DNA of 49,038 nt, from contig JAUSEP010000041.1 in NCBI GenBank assembly GCA_030650195.1, positions 1 to 49,038 of the forward strand, given 5' to 3'. Source of the stretch: Candidatus Berkelbacteria bacterium (GTDB taxonomy: Bacteria; Patescibacteriota; UBA1384; 2-12-FULL-50-11). Shown here piece after piece: positions 1 to 14,486 of this stretch (its first letter is position 1; each line of letters begins with the position of its first letter). Position numbers and translations under genes: made by a program. The notes below the pieces were generated by a model. The model worked only from the letters and a program-made list of their open reading frames with translations. It was not told where the DNA came from and did not search any database.

Positions 1-1
1 T

Positions 2-1393
2 AAGACCAATGACGTTATTATTCGTGACGACTATATGTATGTTGCTCAAGGCAGGAGAACGGCGAATGATACCACGACGGCTAAAGTCTTAAGGTCTTCA
101 AACAAGATTAATAATTTAGTTAGATTCTATCGTTCGGGATCAGAGCTCTGCGGACCAAAGGAACCCGCAACGGTACAGATCGAGCTACCTAGCGCTGCGG
201 TGTTCACACCTAAAGAAATTAGATTTGGAGCAGATACATACAGCTTTAGTGCAACTGAGCCGTGCTTTAAGGTTGGCAATAATTGTAGTAGTCGTTTTGA
301 GGTGTCTCGCATTGGAACGGGACAGATCGACCAGCACTACTCCATAAAAATACTCAATATTGAACGTGATACTCCTGCTACGAACCTTGATGACCCGCAG
401 AACCCACAGGGGGTTGCCTGGGGTGGCCGACTTACATTCAAGGAACCGGTACCCACCTCTACGATTAGCACTATGGCAGCTTTAATTCGTAGCTCTTACC
501 CAGGGCAGAACCTCAACACAACGCATACTTTTCTGGGTGGAAATAACTGTGAGACAGTAACCGATCCTTTCGAGGCAACAAAACTCTGTTTTAACAGTAC
601 CTACACCATGACAAATAGCTTAGAACGACCCAATCAGCCACTAACCGAGCATCTATTCCAGTCGATTGGGGCACCGGTTTCAGGAATCATAGTAGAAGGC
701 AATGTTACTGCGCCAAATGACGTTAATGGATTTACTCTTGATCCAAACGCGATCGCTGTTGGCGGAAGGGTAAACGTTGCGGGATCGACTAGTCAACTCC
801 AGGGGTACCTTAACGACCAATCAGTTACTTTTAACTGGAACCACGTCAGTTTGAGGTTGGGGGAACTTTACACAAAGGGAATGTCTCTTGGTACCAGAAC
901 CAGCAGCGGAAATTATAATGAACCAAACTGGTATCTGAACTCAACTACCTCAAACCCAGCAGTTAACACAGCTAGTACTTTTTCCTCCCCGCCAGAAGGT
1001 AAGATATGGAAGGTGGACGGTAATCTGAATTTAAGAGAAACAACTTTTCATGGTGCGGGAACAATAGTTATCGACGGCGACCTAACGATCTCGCACCCGT
1101 TATCTTGCGAAAGTGCTAGTACCCGACTTGGGTTCATCGTCCACGGTAAAATTAATATTAATACCGATTCTATCGGGTGTGGTGCCTATACAGCCTTAGG
1201 AGGAAATATTAATTTCAAGAATGTTGCCAGTGGCGAAGTGGACGGAATTTTTGTTGCCAAAGATAGTATTAAGCTTCCGAGCAAAGCTTCGTTAACAGGA
1301 ACCTTTAGGGTTGGTTATGACAGCTATTTCGCTACTAACCCAACCGCACTTTACCAGGAATTGCTAAGTATAGTTTTTGCAACATCTTCTTAG
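2..1393 (+). CDS. Secreted/surface protein of unknown function, probably 5'-partial; paralog of 2816..4228
   Basis: The track ORF is 35..1393, but the frame stays open back to nt 2 and the first Met is not followed by a signal peptide. It shares colinear motifs with 2816..4228: FSSPPEGKIWK, AVGG.V.V.G, KG.SLGT, GIFVAK..I.LP and (N/H)PTAL..ELL..VF. Confidence 0.7.
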   Translation, partial: KTNDVIIRDDYMYVAQGRRTANDTTTAKVLRSSNKINNLVRFYRSGSELCGPKEPATVQIELPSAAVFTPKEIRFGADTYSFSATEPCFKVGNNCSSRFEVSRIGTGQIDQHYSIKILNIERDTPATNLDDPQNPQGVAWGGRLTFKEPVPTSTISTMAALIRSSYPGQNLNTTHTFLGGNNCETVTDPFEATKLCFNSTYTMTNSLERPNQPLTEHLFQSIGAPVSGIIVEGNVTAPNDVNGFTLDPNAIAVGGRVNVAGSTSQLQGYLNDQSVTFNWNHVSLRLGELYTKGMSLGTRTSSGNYNEPNWYLNSTTSNPAVNTASTFSSPPEGKIWKVDGNLNLRETTFHGAGTIVIDGDLTISHPLSCESASTRLGFIVHGKININTDSIGCGAYTALGGNINFKNVASGEVDGIFVAKDSIKLPSKASLTGTFRVGYDSYFATNPTALYQELLSIVFATSS

Positions 1394-1429
1394 GCCTGAC
1401 CAGATTCTTCAAATCGGAGCGCAACACTA

Positions 1430-1702
1430 TCAGCGTGTTTTCCTCGACTTCAATAGGTCTGAAAAATCTTTCGTGTTCGAAACTGTTCCTATGCCAGGAA
1501 TGAAGTTAGTTATGAAGTTATAATTAGAGCTCCCACTACTAGTGGCCTTTGTAACAGCTAGTCTTCGTTCTGTGATTGAGCTCGGAAAAGCAATGGATGT
1601 CTTCTTATGGACGCTTGAAGTAATAGTGTACTTTCCAGCCCCAATAACAGCAACTAGTAAGCCCATACTAAAAAAAATATTAGACACTTTAGATAGCTCC
1701 AT
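1430..1702 (-). CDS. Small membrane-anchored protein, unknown function
   Basis: 90-aa ORF. A GAGGAAG SD (1708..1714, minus strand) lies 5 nt before the ATG. It has an N-terminal hydrophobic helix (IFFSMGLLVAVIGAG) and sits just downstream of 1741..2394 on the same strand. Confidence 0.5.
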   Translation of the reverse strand: MELSKVSNIFFSMGLLVAVIGAGKYTITSSVHKKTSIAFPSSITERRLAVTKATSSGSSNYNFITNFIPGIGTVSNTKDFSDLLKSRKTR

Positions 1703-1740
1703 TTAGGCTTCCTCTGTCGAAAATGGCGGCATCATAGCTA

Positions 1741-2394
1741 CTACTTACACGCCGTATCTGATTGGAGCTCACAAATCTTTCCAGTAACTGTCCAGCGAAC
1801 TGGCATCGCAACGGCGTTAGTTTTGTCCTTTCCGCTTCCAGCTTGGGAATAGTTATGATAATTGGTAAAACCATAAGCACCCGTAGTGAACATACATTCA
1901 TCTCCTGCACTACCACACGACCCGATGACGCCATCAATCCTTGCGTCACTGCCGTCATCGTTGTGCACGTCTCTATCAAAACGGTTTTTGAATACCTCGA
2001 TCTTTTGTAATCCACTTAAGTTATCTGGCCATAGTGCTCCTGCAATCCAATTTCCAGTCAGTCCACCAGTCATCTTACATTTATTTGGATCGTCATTTTC
2101 ACAGTCAAAAGTTGGTGGATCGGAAGGAGACTCCCAAACTTCCTTGAAATATGGTCCTTCACTGCCAAAGTTTCCGGTCACTTTCCATGTTGCTACCCCT
2201 ATTACAATCTCGTCGAAGTTATTTCCGTTTAAAGTTCTCCTTGCAAGAAGATTGTCGACAATTTCCCAGGTAGAAGTGTAAGTTATTGGTTCGCCGGCAA
2301 CAGATACTTGCTTGGGAGCGGCAAACCAAAAAGCAATTCCAATGATAATTGCAATGGATCCAAACACTAAACGATTAAGATAGATTAATGACAT
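1741..2394 (-). CDS. Signal-anchored extracytoplasmic protein with 6 Cys, unknown function
   Basis: 217-aa ORF with an N-terminal TM helix (LVFGSIAIIIGIAFWFAA). Six Cys are arranged as three close pairs in the remainder. I recognise no family and see no clear SD. Confidence 0.6.
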   Translation of the reverse strand: MSLIYLNRLVFGSIAIIIGIAFWFAAPKQVSVAGEPITYTSTWEIVDNLLARRTLNGNNFDEIVIGVATWKVTGNFGSEGPYFKEVWESPSDPPTFDCENDDPNKCKMTGGLTGNWIAGALWPDNLSGLQKIEVFKNRFDRDVHNDDGSDARIDGVIGSCGSAGDECMFTTGAYGFTNYHNYSQAGSGKDKTNAVAMPVRWTVTGKICELQSDTACK

Positions 2395-2468
2395 TACAAT
2401 TTAACATTAGCCCAATAATTTCGTCGGTCAAGTTTTATCAGACTGTGTTAAGTGCTACATTATTACTA

Positions 2469-2815
2469 ATGCAAAGTCCTACTCGTCGCGAAGAACAATT
2501 GATTCAATTAATACATAAGAATGTTCTTCTTGCAGTCGTTGCCATAGTTTTGATAGGGGGTATAGTTGTACTCGGATTCTTTCGCAAGGGTATTCTAAGC
2601 CCCATAGTCGGCAACCCAGATAATGGATTTACGCTTATTTGGAAAGTTAGCGACCATACTCTAGAAGGAGATTTGTTGATTAACCGCATTTCCGGCACAA
2701 ATGATTCCCCTTTCTATGACGATGAGTTAGTCACCGAGATACAGCTCAATAGTGACGGGAGCCTGCGAGCGCTACCAAGACTACAAGGGGAGCTAAATTA
2801 TTACAAAAATAACCC

Positions 2816-2819
<4 letters not shown>
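2469..2819 (+). CDS. Small single-pass membrane protein, unknown function
   Basis: The track ORF is 2388..2819. I prefer the ATG at 2469, because the 2388 start would overlap the divergent gene's start. It has a TM helix (LLAVVAIVLIGGIVVLGFF), and its stop overlaps the next start (ATGA at 2816). Confidence 0.5.
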
Positions 2820-5196
<2,377 letters not shown>

Positions 5197-5198
<2 letters not shown>

Positions 5199-5230
5199 AA
5201 AAAGCCCGACCCCCTAGTGAGGATCGGGTT
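5197..5230 (-). terminator. Intrinsic terminator downstream of the TolB-like gene (minus strand), overlapping the obg stop
   Basis: The stem pairs CCCGA (5205..5209) with TCGGG (5224..5228), plus a G.U and an A-U pair. On the minus strand it is followed by a run of 7 U (plus-strand A run 5197..5203). Confidence 0.45.
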
Positions 5231-5244
5231 AGTGACGATACTTT

Positions 5245-6171
5245 CTACGGTTGGTCAACCCAGCTGATGTTATTCCGGTTCCCATCTCTAGGCCACCAGA
5301 AAACCTTGCCGGTTGAGACCTCGATGACCCCGATGTAGGTCGGACCACTCTCGGAGAAGATCACCCCAAAAGCTATCATTTTACCGTCCGGTGAGCACTT
5401 AGGCTGACTAGGCCATGTTGTTTGTTCGGTGATTTTGAACCTTACTGCTCCGCCCCCGTCCGAATTCATCAGTGTGATTCCTCCGTCAGGATCACCTTCT
5501 CGAACACAGACTATCATGGAGTTTGTAACCCAGTCCGGATCAGAGAAACTGTAAGGGCTACCGAAGCTCTCGGCGATTGTAACTTGATTAGTCCCGTCGC
5601 TATTCATAGTTACTAAATCACCTCGTGGTCCTCCGTCAACTCGTTTCGTGACCACCTTCGTCCCATCTGGTGACCAAGAAGCATACCGATCGAAAACCCC
5701 AAGCGTGTCAGGAGTCAGCCTTAGGTTATTGGTTCCATCTGCACTGATGGAAAAGAGTTTTCCCGAAACACCGATGTAAAGAAGTTTAGAACCGTCTCTA
5801 AACCAATCAATCGGACCGAAGCTGGCTCCCTGGTTCCACTCCATTTGAAGAATCTCTGTTGTGGTGTTGGCGTCAAGGTCGAGTACGAAAAGTCCAGCTG
5901 ATGCAGGGCTTGTGGGCTTGTAGTAAGCCAACTTCTTACCATCAGGAGAGAATGTTGGCCATTCTGCATCTAATAGTTCAGGTCGGTCGATGAGCCTATC
6001 TTCCGTTCCATTCGACCGGGCTAAATGAAGATCGCCCCTCTGCGTAGCAATGTTCCAAAGCTGATAGCCCAGCCAGTACTGAGCAGGTTGGAAACTGGTA
6101 TCGAGTTTTGTTCCGCCGCCGCCACAAGCGACGAGCACTAGTGCCAAGCTCGTTAAAACGAGTAATCTCAT
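5245..6171 (-). CDS. TolB-like beta-propeller lipoprotein (WD40-like/PD40 repeats)
   Basis: Repeated (F/W/C)SPDGxK(L/V/I) motifs are present: FSPDGKKLAY, WSPDGTKVV, CSPDGKMIAF. A lipobox is present (LALVLVAC-GGGG). The track ORF starts at a TTG (6246); I use the ATG at 6171 (MRLLVLTS...), which sits directly before the signal peptide. Confidence 0.75.
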   Translation of the reverse strand: MRLLVLTSLALVLVACGGGGTKLDTSFQPAQYWLGYQLWNIATQRGDLHLARSNGTEDRLIDRPELLDAEWPTFSPDGKKLAYYKPTSPASAGLFVLDLDANTTTEILQMEWNQGASFGPIDWFRDGSKLLYIGVSGKLFSISADGTNNLRLTPDTLGVFDRYASWSPDGTKVVTKRVDGGPRGDLVTMNSDGTNQVTIAESFGSPYSFSDPDWVTNSMIVCVREGDPDGGITLMNSDGGGAVRFKITEQTTWPSQPKCSPDGKMIAFGVIFSESGPTYIGVIEVSTGKVFWWPRDGNRNNISWVDQP

Positions 6172-6268
6172 GTTTTTCACGGTCCACCATCCTGTAAAGA
6201 CTGCGAATGCTACTGACTTTATACACCCTGTCCGTTTGGGAGTCAATCTTTCGATCCCAAAATGGGTC

Positions 6269-6296
6269 TTGACAACGTTGGTAATTAAGTTATTAT
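6269..6296 (+). promoter_or_regulatory. Candidate sigma70-type promoter for rpoB
   Basis: TTGACA (6269..6274), a 16-nt spacer, then TATTAT (6291..6296). It lies about 120 nt upstream of the rpoB start. Confidence 0.45.
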
Positions 6297-6414
6297 CACT
6301 ATTGGAACAGGTTGGGGATATTAGGAGAAATAAACAAGCGACATGCGGGTCGTAGGGGTTTTGCTCGAGGGGAGCGACTTTTTGTGTAACTAGCTAGGAG
6401 GAATACTGCGTAAG

Positions 6415-9400
6415 TTGTTTCGTCCGTTGGAGGCTCAGGGGGGATTATCTAATTTAATTGAAGTGCAGCTGAAAAGTTACGGCTGGCTTTTTGATGAGGG
6501 CATTGGTGAACTCTTGAATGAAATCTCACCAGTTGAAGATTTCACCGGTAAGCTCTTTTCCTTGGAATTTGGCAAATATTCACTAGATCCGGCTAAGTAC
6601 GACGAGAAAACCGCTAAAGACAAAAACCTTTCTTTTAAAGCGCCTCTTCGTTGCCAGATCAAACTAACAAACAAATTAACAAACAAGACCAAAACAGGAG
6701 AGGTCTTTTTAGGTGACTTCCCGTTAATGACCGATCGCGGCACCTTTATTATTAACGGTGTTGAACGTGTCGTTGTCTCTCAGATTGTTCGATCATTCGG
6801 TGTGCTGTTTACCAGCGAAACTATTGGTGGTCGAAACCTTTTCGGTGCAAAAGTCATTCCTAATCGCGGTGCTTGGCTAGAGTTCGAAACAAACTCTCGT
6901 AATGTAATCTCAGTTAAGGTTGACAGAAAACGACGTATTCCTATAACAACTTTCCTACGAGCCCTGGCTAAGATGGAAGACAAACAAATTGTCGCTCTGT
7001 TTAAGGATGTAGATACCAACAAAGACGCTCAATACATCGAATCTACTCTTGCACGTGACCCAGCCTCCACCTACGAAGAGGCCTTAGTAGAAGTCTATAA
7101 AAGAATTCGTCCTGGTGACTTAGTAACTCCAGAAACCGCCAAGAGTTACATTGATACAATTTTCTTCAACGCCAAGCGTTACGACTTAGGCCGTGTTGGT
7201 CGCTATAAGATTAACCAACGTTTAGAGATGAACGTTCCTAACACAGCAAAGAACCGTGTTCTGCGTCTTGAGGACGTGGTGGAAACCATTAAGGAAATTA
7301 TTCGCCTTAACAACACTCCTGGTAGTACGCCAGATGACGTGGATCACTTGAAGAATCGCCGTGTCCGCGCCGTGGGTGAGTTGGTTCAGAACCGCATTCG
7401 TGTCGGGTTGCTCCGCGTTGAACGCATCATTAAAGACCGTATGAGTCAGATTGCCGAACCAGATGAAGTTAACCCAATAGCTCTTATTAACTCCCGGCCA
7501 GTAGCGGCAATTTTGCAAGAATTCTTTGCTTCAAGCCAGATGAGCCAATTTATGAACCAAACAAATCCTTTGGCTGAGCTGGAGCACAAACGAACACTAT
7601 CAGCTACGGGTCCTGGCGGTTTGTCTCGCGAACACGCTGGATTTGACGTTCGTGATGTTCACCGTTCTCACTACGGACGCGTTTGTCCTATTACTACTCC
7701 CGAAGGTCAGAACATTGGACTAGTCGGATACCTAGCGTCAAATGCTCGTGTTAATGAGTACGGCTTTATTGAAACACCTTTCCGTAAAATTGAAGTTAAG
7801 GGTGGTAAGGCCCGCGTTACCAGCAAAGTAGAGTACCTAGATGCTTTTGAAGAGGAAAAATACACCCTAGCGCCATTCTCTACCAACCTTGATAAAGACG
7901 GGTACATTATAGGTTCAAAAGTTATCGCCCGACGCCAGGGAGACCCTCTTATTGAGAGCCCTACTAACGTTAACTACATCGACGTATCTCCGCAGCAAAC
8001 CGTTTCGATCTCCTCCGCTTTAATTCCTTTTGTCGAGCACAACGATGCTACTCGAGCTTCCATGGGATCTAACATGCAACGACAGGCAGTGCCGCTCGTG
8101 CGACCTCAAGCACCAATTATTGGTACCGGCTTAGAGGGCGCCGTTAAAGATTCGGGTCAGTTAGTTGTCTCAGAAGATGACGGTGTTGTTACATATGCTG
8201 ATGGCGAACAAATTCGAATTAAAACCGGCAGCAAAGAAAAAACATACCTAATGTCAAAATTTGTCCGTTCTAACCAAAGCACCTGTATTAACCAGCGCTC
8301 AACCGTAAAGATCGGTGATAAGGTGACTAAAGGACAGGTTATCGTAGACTCTTCAGCTTCTGATCAAGGAGAGCTAGCTATCGGTCAAAATGTTACCGTT
8401 GCCTACATCAGCTGGGGCGGTTTCAACTACGAAGACGCCATTATAGTTTCAGAGCGTTTGGTACGAGACGACCGCTTCACATCTATTCATATTGAAAAGT
8501 ACTCAACCGAAGTTCGTGACACTAAGCTAGGTCCCGAATTAATCACTCGTGATATTCCTAATGTCGGTGACGAAGCGTTGGCCAATCTAGACGAACAAGG
8601 TATCGTCCGAATCGGAGCTGAGTGCTCATCTGGGGATATTCTAGTTGGAAAGATTACTCCAAAGGGAGAAACCGAACTAACAGCCGAAGAGAAACTTCTT
8701 CGAGCCATTTTCGGCGAAAAAGCCAAAGATGTTAAAGATACTTCACTGCGATTACCTCACGGTGAACGCGGCAAGATCGTAGAAGTAAAGATCTTCTCCA
8801 AAAACAAAGGCGACGAACTTCCTGCCGGAGTCTACCAACAAATCGAAGTTTCGATTGCACAACTACGCAAGGTTACGGTAGGGGATAAGATGGCAGGACG
8901 ACACGGCAACAAAGGTGTTATCTCCGTTGTATTGCCAGAGGCTGATATGCCGTTCCTACCAGACGGAACTCCTGTTGACTTAATTCTAAATCCGCTGGGC
9001 GTTATCTCGCGTATGAACTTGGGTCAAATTCTAGAGACTCACCTTGGCTGGGCGGCGAAAAAGCTTGGCTATAAAGTTGCCTCTCCGGCGTTCTTCGGTG
9101 TTCCAGTTGAGAATATAGTTGCTGAACTTAAGAAAGCAGGACTACCCGAAACTGGAAAAATCCAACTTCGCGATGGCCGAGCAGGACTCGAATATGACGA
9201 GCAAACAACAGTTGGAATTAAGTACATGCTTAAACTTATTCACCTTGTTGACGACAAGATGCACGCCCGTTCAACCGGTCCGTACTCTATGGTTACTCAG
9301 CAGCCGCTCGGTGGTAAAGCACAGTTCGGTGGTCAGCGCTTCGGAGAGATGGAAGTCTGGGCTCTAGAAGCTTACGGCGCTGCTCACTCGTTGCAGGAAA

Positions 9401-9753
9401 TGCTAACTATTAAATCTGATGATGTTATCGGACGAGCAAAGGCTTACGAAGCTATAATCCGTGGTGAAGAGATACAGAAACCACAGGTTCCAGCATCATT
9501 TGCCGTTCTAGTTCGTGAACTACAGGGTCTAAGCCTGAACGTCGAGGTTATTGAGAACGAGGGTCGTTTACAGGAGCTAGAAAGCCAACGAGCCCTGATG
9601 CAGGCAGAAGTCTTTGCTTCAGGCATGAAAGTTGACGAAGAGGCTGAAACCTTAGATTTAGCTTCCGAGGAACTTAAAGAGCCCGAGATGGACGAAGCTG
9701 AGCTAGCCGAAGAACCAGAAGAAATTAAAGAAGCAAGCAAGGAGACAAAGTGA
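6415..9753 (+). CDS. rpoB: DNA-directed RNA polymerase subunit beta
   Basis: 1112-aa ORF with a TTG start and an AGGAGG 15 nt upstream. Conserved RpoB segments are present: [32 protein letters not shown] and [15 protein letters not shown]. The C-terminal tail is acidic. Confidence 0.97.
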   Translation: MFRPLEAQGGLSNLIEVQLKSYGWLFDEGIGELLNEISPVEDFTGKLFSLEFGKYSLDPAKYDEKTAKDKNLSFKAPLRCQIKLTNKLTNKTKTGEVFLGDFPLMTDRGTFIINGVERVVVSQIVRSFGVLFTSETIGGRNLFGAKVIPNRGAWLEFETNSRNVISVKVDRKRRIPITTFLRALAKMEDKQIVALFKDVDTNKDAQYIESTLARDPASTYEEALVEVYKRIRPGDLVTPETAKSYIDTIFFNAKRYDLGRVGRYKINQRLEMNVPNTAKNRVLRLEDVVETIKEIIRLNNTPGSTPDDVDHLKNRRVRAVGELVQNRIRVGLLRVERIIKDRMSQIAEPDEVNPIALINSRPVAAILQEFFASSQMSQFMNQTNPLAELEHKRTLSATGPGGLSREHAGFDVRDVHRSHYGRVCPITTPEGQNIGLVGYLASNARVNEYGFIETPFRKIEVKGGKARVTSKVEYLDAFEEEKYTLAPFSTNLDKDGYIIGSKVIARRQGDPLIESPTNVNYIDVSPQQTVSISSALIPFVEHNDATRASMGSNMQRQAVPLVRPQAPIIGTGLEGAVKDSGQLVVSEDDGVVTYADGEQIRIKTGSKEKTYLMSKFVRSNQSTCINQRSTVKIGDKVTKGQVIVDSSASDQGELAIGQNVTVAYISWGGFNYEDAIIVSERLVRDDRFTSIHIEKYSTEVRDTKLGPELITRDIPNVGDEALANLDEQGIVRIGAECSSGDILVGKITPKGETELTAEEKLLRAIFGEKAKDVKDTSLRLPHGERGKIVEVKIFSKNKGDELPAGVYQQIEVSIAQLRKVTVGDKMAGRHGNKGVISVVLPEADMPFLPDGTPVDLILNPLGVISRMNLGQILETHLGWAAKKLGYKVASPAFFGVPVENIVAELKKAGLPETGKIQLRDGRAGLEYDEQTTVGIKYMLKLIHLVDDKMHARSTGPYSMVTQQPLGGKAQFGGQRFGEMEVWALEAYGAAHSLQEMLTIKSDDVIGRAKAYEAIIRGEEIQKPQVPASFAVLVRELQGLSLNVEVIENEGRLQELESQRALMQAEVFASGMKVDEEAETLDLASEELKEPEMDEAELAEEPEEIKEASKETK

Positions 9754-12700
9754 TGTCTGAACTAAAATTAAATACCAAACCAGAAAAAGCCGAGTTTAGC
9801 CTTCTCAATTTTGAAGGACTACGTCTCCGCGTTGCATCACCAGAGGATATTGAAAAATGGTCGTACGGCGAAGTTATGAAGCCAGAGACTATCAACTACC
9901 GAACGCAGAAACCCGAGCGTGACGGTCTTTTTGACGAACGCATTTTTGGTCCAACCAAGGACTGGGAATGTTACTGCGGTAAGTACAAACGAATCCGTTA
10001 CAAGGGCGTCATTTGTGACAAATGTGGTGTTGAAGTAACTCGCAGCTCTGTTCGACGTGAGCGTATGGGTCATATCGATCTAGCAGTACCGGTTGCTCAC
10101 ATTTGGTACGTCCGTGGTGTGCCGTATATTCTTAGTACCATTCTCGATATATCTGTGAGCGATCTTGAGAAAGTTATCTATTTCGCAAGCTTTGTTGTTA
10201 CCGGCGTTGACGAACAGCTTAAGGCCGACTCATTGGCTCAGCTTGAAGCCGAGTACAAAAGCGCTAAAGAAATGCTCAAAGAGTCTGTTGAGCGTTTGGA
10301 GCAACTTGAGATTAATTACAAACAAACTAAGTCTGACCTTCAGTCTTTAATGCCTCGTCAGATTTTGCCAGAAGCCAAGTTCCATGAGATCTCTTTACGG
10401 TTCGGCAACATCATTAAAGTCGCTATCGGGGCAGAGGCGATTCTCGAACTCTTGAAGAAAATAGACTTAGACGTAGAGATATCTGCCGTTAAGGCACACG
10501 CTAATAATGCTCAAAGCAATACCTACCGTCGTTTGATGAAACGACTTCGAGTCTTAACAGATATGAAACTAGCCGGTATTCGAGCAGATTGGTTGATTAT
10601 CGGTAAATTACCGGTACTACCTCCCGATTTACGACCTATGGTTCAGCTTGACGGTGGCCGTTTCGCTTCTTCTGACTTGAACGATCTTTACCGCAGAGTA
10701 TTAAACCGAAATAACCGCCTAAAGCGTTTGATGAACCAAGGGGCACCTGACGTTATCGTCCGTAATGAAAAGCGAATGCTTCAAGAGGCGGTTGATGCCT
10801 TAATCGACAACTCTGCCCGCAAAGGTCAGACGACTGCTGGTGGACGTCAGCCACGATCCCTTTCAGATATGCTTCGTGGCAAACAAGGCCGTTTCCGTCA
10901 GAACTTGCTTGGTAAACGTGTCGACTACTCAGGTCGATCGGTCATCGTTGTTGGTCCTAAGCTCAAACTCGATCAGTGCGGACTGCCAAAGGTAATGGCT
11001 CTTGAGCTATTCAAGCCCTTTGTAATTTCAAAGTTAATTAGCGAAGGCTATGTTCATAACGTAAAAAATGCATCTCGTTTAATAGACCGTGGTACTCCAG
11101 AAGTCTGGGAGATTCTAGAAGCGGTTACTAAAGACGCCCACGTTCTACTTAACCGTGCGCCAACACTTCACCGTCTAGGTATCCAAGCCTTTAGCCCACT
11201 TCTGATTGAGGGTAAGGCCATTCAGTTACATCCTTTGGTATGTGCGGCGTATAACGCAGACTTTGATGGTGACCAAATGGCGGTTCACGTGCCACTCTCA
11301 ACTCAAGCTCGACATGAAGCTAAAGAGCTAATGCTTTCCAGCCACAACTTACTAAAACCAGCTTCTGGTGAGCCATTGGTGACTCCACGACTAGATATCG
11401 TATTTGGTATCTTCTACCTTACAAACGAACAAGTGGGTGTCGCCGGTGAAGGCCGAGCATTCGCCTCAACCGATGAGGTTGATCTAGCTTACCAACGCGG
11501 AAATATCCATCCCCAAGCCAAGATTCAACTTCGAACTCCAGAAGGGCGTATAGAAACAACTGTAGGACGAGCGCTATTGAATGCTGTCTTGCCAGTGGGC
11601 CACGCTTTCGTAAATGAACCACTAGATACTAAACGCTTAAAAGTAATTATTCGCCAAATTTACAAAATCTACGGTCAAGCTGAGACAGCACGTGTTGCTG
11701 ACGATCTGATGCAACTTGGTTTCAAGTTTGCTGAAAGATCTGGTATGACGATGTCTATTTCAGATGTCCACGTTCCAGAGAAAAAGGGCAAACTGATTGC
11801 CGAAGGCGAGGAAGCTGTTGACGAGATTACGAAGCGTTACCGACGTGGCTTAATCACAAACGAAGAGAGACGCAAATTAACCATTGAGAAATGGACTGAA
11901 ATTCGTAACCTAATTCAAAAAGAGGTTATGAATGATCTACCAAAATCTCGTTCGATCTACACCATGGTTTCCTCCGGTGCTCGTGGATCCAGTAACCAGA
12001 TGACTCAGCTTTCAGGAATGAAGGGCTTAGTGGTTAACCCAGCCGGTGGAATTATTGAAGTTCCCATTATCTCAAATTACAAAGAAGGCCTATCTGTACT
12101 TGAGTACTTCATCTCAACTCATGGTTCCAGAAAAGGTAAGTCCGACACATCGCTAAAAACTGCTGATGCTGGTTACCTCACCCGACGTTTAGTAGACGTA
12201 GCGCAGGATCTGGTTATTACAATCGAAGACTGTAAGGCTGAGCGTGGGAACATTGTCCGCGAGTCTGAGTCTCAAGAGTACGGTGAGTCCTACCAGGAGA
12301 GATTACTGGGACGAGTTAGCATGGAGAACGTAAAGAGTAAGGATGGCAAAGTAATTCTCAAGGCCGGACAAGAGATTACAGAGGAGATTATCGTAAACTT
12401 AAATGCTACTGACAGAAAAGAACTCTTGGTTCGTTCCGCCCTTTACTGCCGAGCACCATGGGGTATCTGTCAGAAGTGTTACGGTCGAGATCTTGCTAGC
12501 GGTAAGCTTGTGAGCATCGGAACTGCCGTTGGTATCATGGCTGCACAAGCAATTGGTGAGCCAGGCACTCAGTTAACAATGAAAACCTTCCACATGGGTG
12601 GTGTTTCTGTTGGTGATATTACCTCTGGTCTTCCACGAGTTGAAGAAATCTTTGAGGCTCGTCCGCCACATAACCCAGCAATTCTGGCCGAAATCTCTGG

Positions 12701-13562
12701 TAAGGCGCTACTTAGCGAGCACAAAGATAAGCAGCTTATTGAAATCATTTCTGATGATATTCCAAAAGAATCGTTTGAATTGGTCGAAGATTACCAACCT
12801 TCTGTCAAGAATGGTGATGTTGTTAAAGCTAAGCAGGCAGTTGCAACCGCTATAGATAAAAAAGCCATTCGATCCAATATCGGGGGCCGGGTAAATATTA
12901 AAGGAAAAACAATCGTAATTACCTCGCTTGAGCCAGTTACGGTAAACTACACAGTTTCTCCAGATATCAACGTCACGATCAAAAACGGTGACATGGTTGA
13001 GAAAGGCGCTAAGCTGACGGACGGTCATATTGACCTTAACCAATCACTCGACTTACGTGGCCTAGAAGCAACTCAGGCTTACATCATTAAGGAAGTTCAG
13101 AACATCTACGCCTCTCACGGTGCTGCTGTTAACGAAAAGCACATTGAGATTATTGCTCGAGCAATGTTTGCCAAGGTTCGTGTATTGCAGGGCGGTGACT
13201 CAACCTTCTTAACCGGTCAAGTAATCGACAAACTAGAGTCTGATAATATCAACCTTCGACTCAAAAAAGAGAAAGTCTCTCCGATAGACTACGAACAGAT
13301 TGTCCTAGGTATCACTCGAGCATCTCTAAACACTAAGTCGTTCTTGTCTGCCGCTTCCTTCCAAGAAACAACAAGTGTTTTGATCAAGGCTGCAATGAAG
13401 GGTCAAGTTGATCCACTCAGAGGCCTCAAGGAGAACGTTATTATCGGTAAGCTTATCCCAGCTGGTACGGGTTACGGGGTTGATGTGAAAATTGACCCTA
13501 CAGAGGTTACCGTTGGTTCTGCTGCCGAAAAATCTAAAGTAACACCGGAAGCTAAGGGTTGA
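9753..13562 (+). CDS. rpoC: DNA-directed RNA polymerase subunit beta'
   Basis: The ATG at 9753 overlaps the rpoB TGA, with GGAG 8 nt upstream (the track starts at the GTG at 9750). The zinc motif is [23 protein letters not shown] and the catalytic motif is [12 protein letters not shown]. Confidence 0.97.
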   Translation: MSELKLNTKPEKAEFSLLNFEGLRLRVASPEDIEKWSYGEVMKPETINYRTQKPERDGLFDERIFGPTKDWECYCGKYKRIRYKGVICDKCGVEVTRSSVRRERMGHIDLAVPVAHIWYVRGVPYILSTILDISVSDLEKVIYFASFVVTGVDEQLKADSLAQLEAEYKSAKEMLKESVERLEQLEINYKQTKSDLQSLMPRQILPEAKFHEISLRFGNIIKVAIGAEAILELLKKIDLDVEISAVKAHANNAQSNTYRRLMKRLRVLTDMKLAGIRADWLIIGKLPVLPPDLRPMVQLDGGRFASSDLNDLYRRVLNRNNRLKRLMNQGAPDVIVRNEKRMLQEAVDALIDNSARKGQTTAGGRQPRSLSDMLRGKQGRFRQNLLGKRVDYSGRSVIVVGPKLKLDQCGLPKVMALELFKPFVISKLISEGYVHNVKNASRLIDRGTPEVWEILEAVTKDAHVLLNRAPTLHRLGIQAFSPLLIEGKAIQLHPLVCAAYNADFDGDQMAVHVPLSTQARHEAKELMLSSHNLLKPASGEPLVTPRLDIVFGIFYLTNEQVGVAGEGRAFASTDEVDLAYQRGNIHPQAKIQLRTPEGRIETTVGRALLNAVLPVGHAFVNEPLDTKRLKVIIRQIYKIYGQAETARVADDLMQLGFKFAERSGMTMSISDVHVPEKKGKLIAEGEEAVDEITKRYRRGLITNEERRKLTIEKWTEIRNLIQKEVMNDLPKSRSIYTMVSSGARGSSNQMTQLSGMKGLVVNPAGGIIEVPIISNYKEGLSVLEYFISTHGSRKGKSDTSLKTADAGYLTRRLVDVAQDLVITIEDCKAERGNIVRESESQEYGESYQERLLGRVSMENVKSKDGKVILKAGQEITEEIIVNLNATDRKELLVRSALYCRAPWGICQKCYGRDLASGKLVSIGTAVGIMAAQAIGEPGTQLTMKTFHMGGVSVGDITSGLPRVEEIFEARPPHNPAILAEISGKALLSEHKDKQLIEIISDDIPKESFELVEDYQPSVKNGDVVKAKQAVATAIDKKAIRSNIGGRVNIKGKTIVITSLEPVTVNYTVSPDINVTIKNGDMVEKGAKLTDGHIDLNQSLDLRGLEATQAYIIKEVQNIYASHGAAVNEKHIEIIARAMFAKVRVLQGGDSTFLTGQVIDKLESDNINLRLKKEKVSPIDYEQIVLGITRASLNTKSFLSAASFQETTSVLIKAAMKGQVDPLRGLKENVIIGKLIPAGTGYGVDVKIDPTEVTVGSAAEKSKVTPEAKG

Positions 13563-13593
13563 GTCAAACGAAACCCCAAGGTATAATAGTCAA

Positions 13594-14010
13594 ATGCCAA
13601 CCATAAACCAGCTAGTAAAATACGGTCGCAAGAAAACAAAGGAGAAATCTAAATCTCCGGCGTTGCACCGCGGCTTCAATTCGCTCAAAAACCGTCCCGT
13701 AGATTACCCAGCTGGCCGTCCGTTTATGCGCGGTGTTTGCGTAAAAGTTACAACCACAACTCCTAAGAAACCTAACTCCGCTCTACGTAAAATTGCCCGT
13801 GTTCGCTTGACCAGCGGTCAGGAAGTAACGGCGTATATCCCTGGGATAAAGCACAATTTGCAAGAACATGCGTTGGTCTTAATCCGTGGCGGTCGTGTTA
13901 AAGACTTGCCAGGTGTGAAGTACCACATTGTTCGCGGTGTGTTGAATGCCGAGGCAGTTGAAAATCGAAACCAGGGACGAAGTAAATACGGAGCTAAGAA
14001 GCCAAAATAA
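13594..14010 (+). CDS. rpsL: 30S ribosomal protein S12
   Basis: [14 protein letters not shown]... and [10 protein letters not shown]. It occupies the conserved position after rpoC. Confidence 0.97.
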   Translation: MPTINQLVKYGRKKTKEKSKSPALHRGFNSLKNRPVDYPAGRPFMRGVCVKVTTTTPKKPNSALRKIARVRLTSGQEVTAYIPGIKHNLQEHALVLIRGGRVKDLPGVKYHIVRGVLNAEAVENRNQGRSKYGAKKPK

Positions 14011-14011
14011 A

Positions 14012-14485
14012 ATGCGTGGAAAAGTAACCATAAAACGACCGCCAATCAACTTAGATCCTAAGTATCAGGATCCGCAGTTAACAAAGCTGATAAATAAAGT
14101 GATGATCGGTGGTAAAAAAGAAACCGCTACTACAATTGTCTACTCAGCCTTAGAACGGTTGGCTGCTGAGCAGAAGATGGATGTACCGGCGACATTAAAA
14201 CTAATTATTGAAAAAGCCTCACCAATTCTTGAAGTTAAATCTCGTCGTGTTGGTGGTGCAAACTACCAAGTACCTATGGAGGTTCGACCAGCCCGTAAAG
14301 TTATTCTGGTTATGCGTTGGTTAATTGCTGCTTGCCGAGGCGTTAAGGGCAAACCTATGGCTGACGCAATGTACGCTGAAATGAAGAATATTCTTGAAGA
14401 TACAGGTGCTGTTATGAAGAAACGTGAAGATCTACATAAGATGGCCGAAGCCAACCGGGCCTTTGCTCACTTTGCTAGATACTAA
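14012..14485 (+). CDS. rpsG: 30S ribosomal protein S7
   Basis: The track ORF (13946) extends back into rpsL. The ATG at 14012 gives [11 protein letters not shown]... and the S7 motif [16 protein letters not shown]. Confidence 0.95.
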   Translation: MRGKVTIKRPPINLDPKYQDPQLTKLINKVMIGGKKETATTIVYSALERLAAEQKMDVPATLKLIIEKASPILEVKSRRVGGANYQVPMEVRPARKVILVMRWLIAACRGVKGKPMADAMYAEMKNILEDTGAVMKKREDLHKMAEANRAFAHFARY

Positions 14486-14486
14486 G

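Noticed and set aside
1689-2281. Overlapping ORFs 1689..2015(-), 1762..2010(+) and 1886..2281(+) around the 217-aa gene.
   Set aside because: All overlap the longer 1741..2394 ORF, which has a clear signal-anchor and is followed by an SD-preceded downstream gene. The alternatives have no start signals.
2485-2495. An 11-nt perfect complementarity between hairpin-1 of the candidate sRNA (UUCUUCGCGAC) and the mRNA of the small membrane protein 2469..2819. A 9-nt match (UCGCGAAGA) also lies at 44542..44550 in another membrane-protein gene.
   Set aside because: A rough expectation for an 11-mer match between a ~110-nt RNA and about 98 kb of two-strand sequence is of order one to a few. This is therefore not evidence for targeting without genome-wide statistics or conservation.
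13946-14486. The long 5' extensions of the track ORFs for rpsG (13946) and fusA (14424), and similarly rplP, rpmC, rplF and rpsI.
   Set aside because: The extensions overlap the preceding conserved gene and start at non-ATG codons. Canonical N-termini begin at ATGs placed 1-4 nt from the upstream stop, so the coordinates were trimmed.
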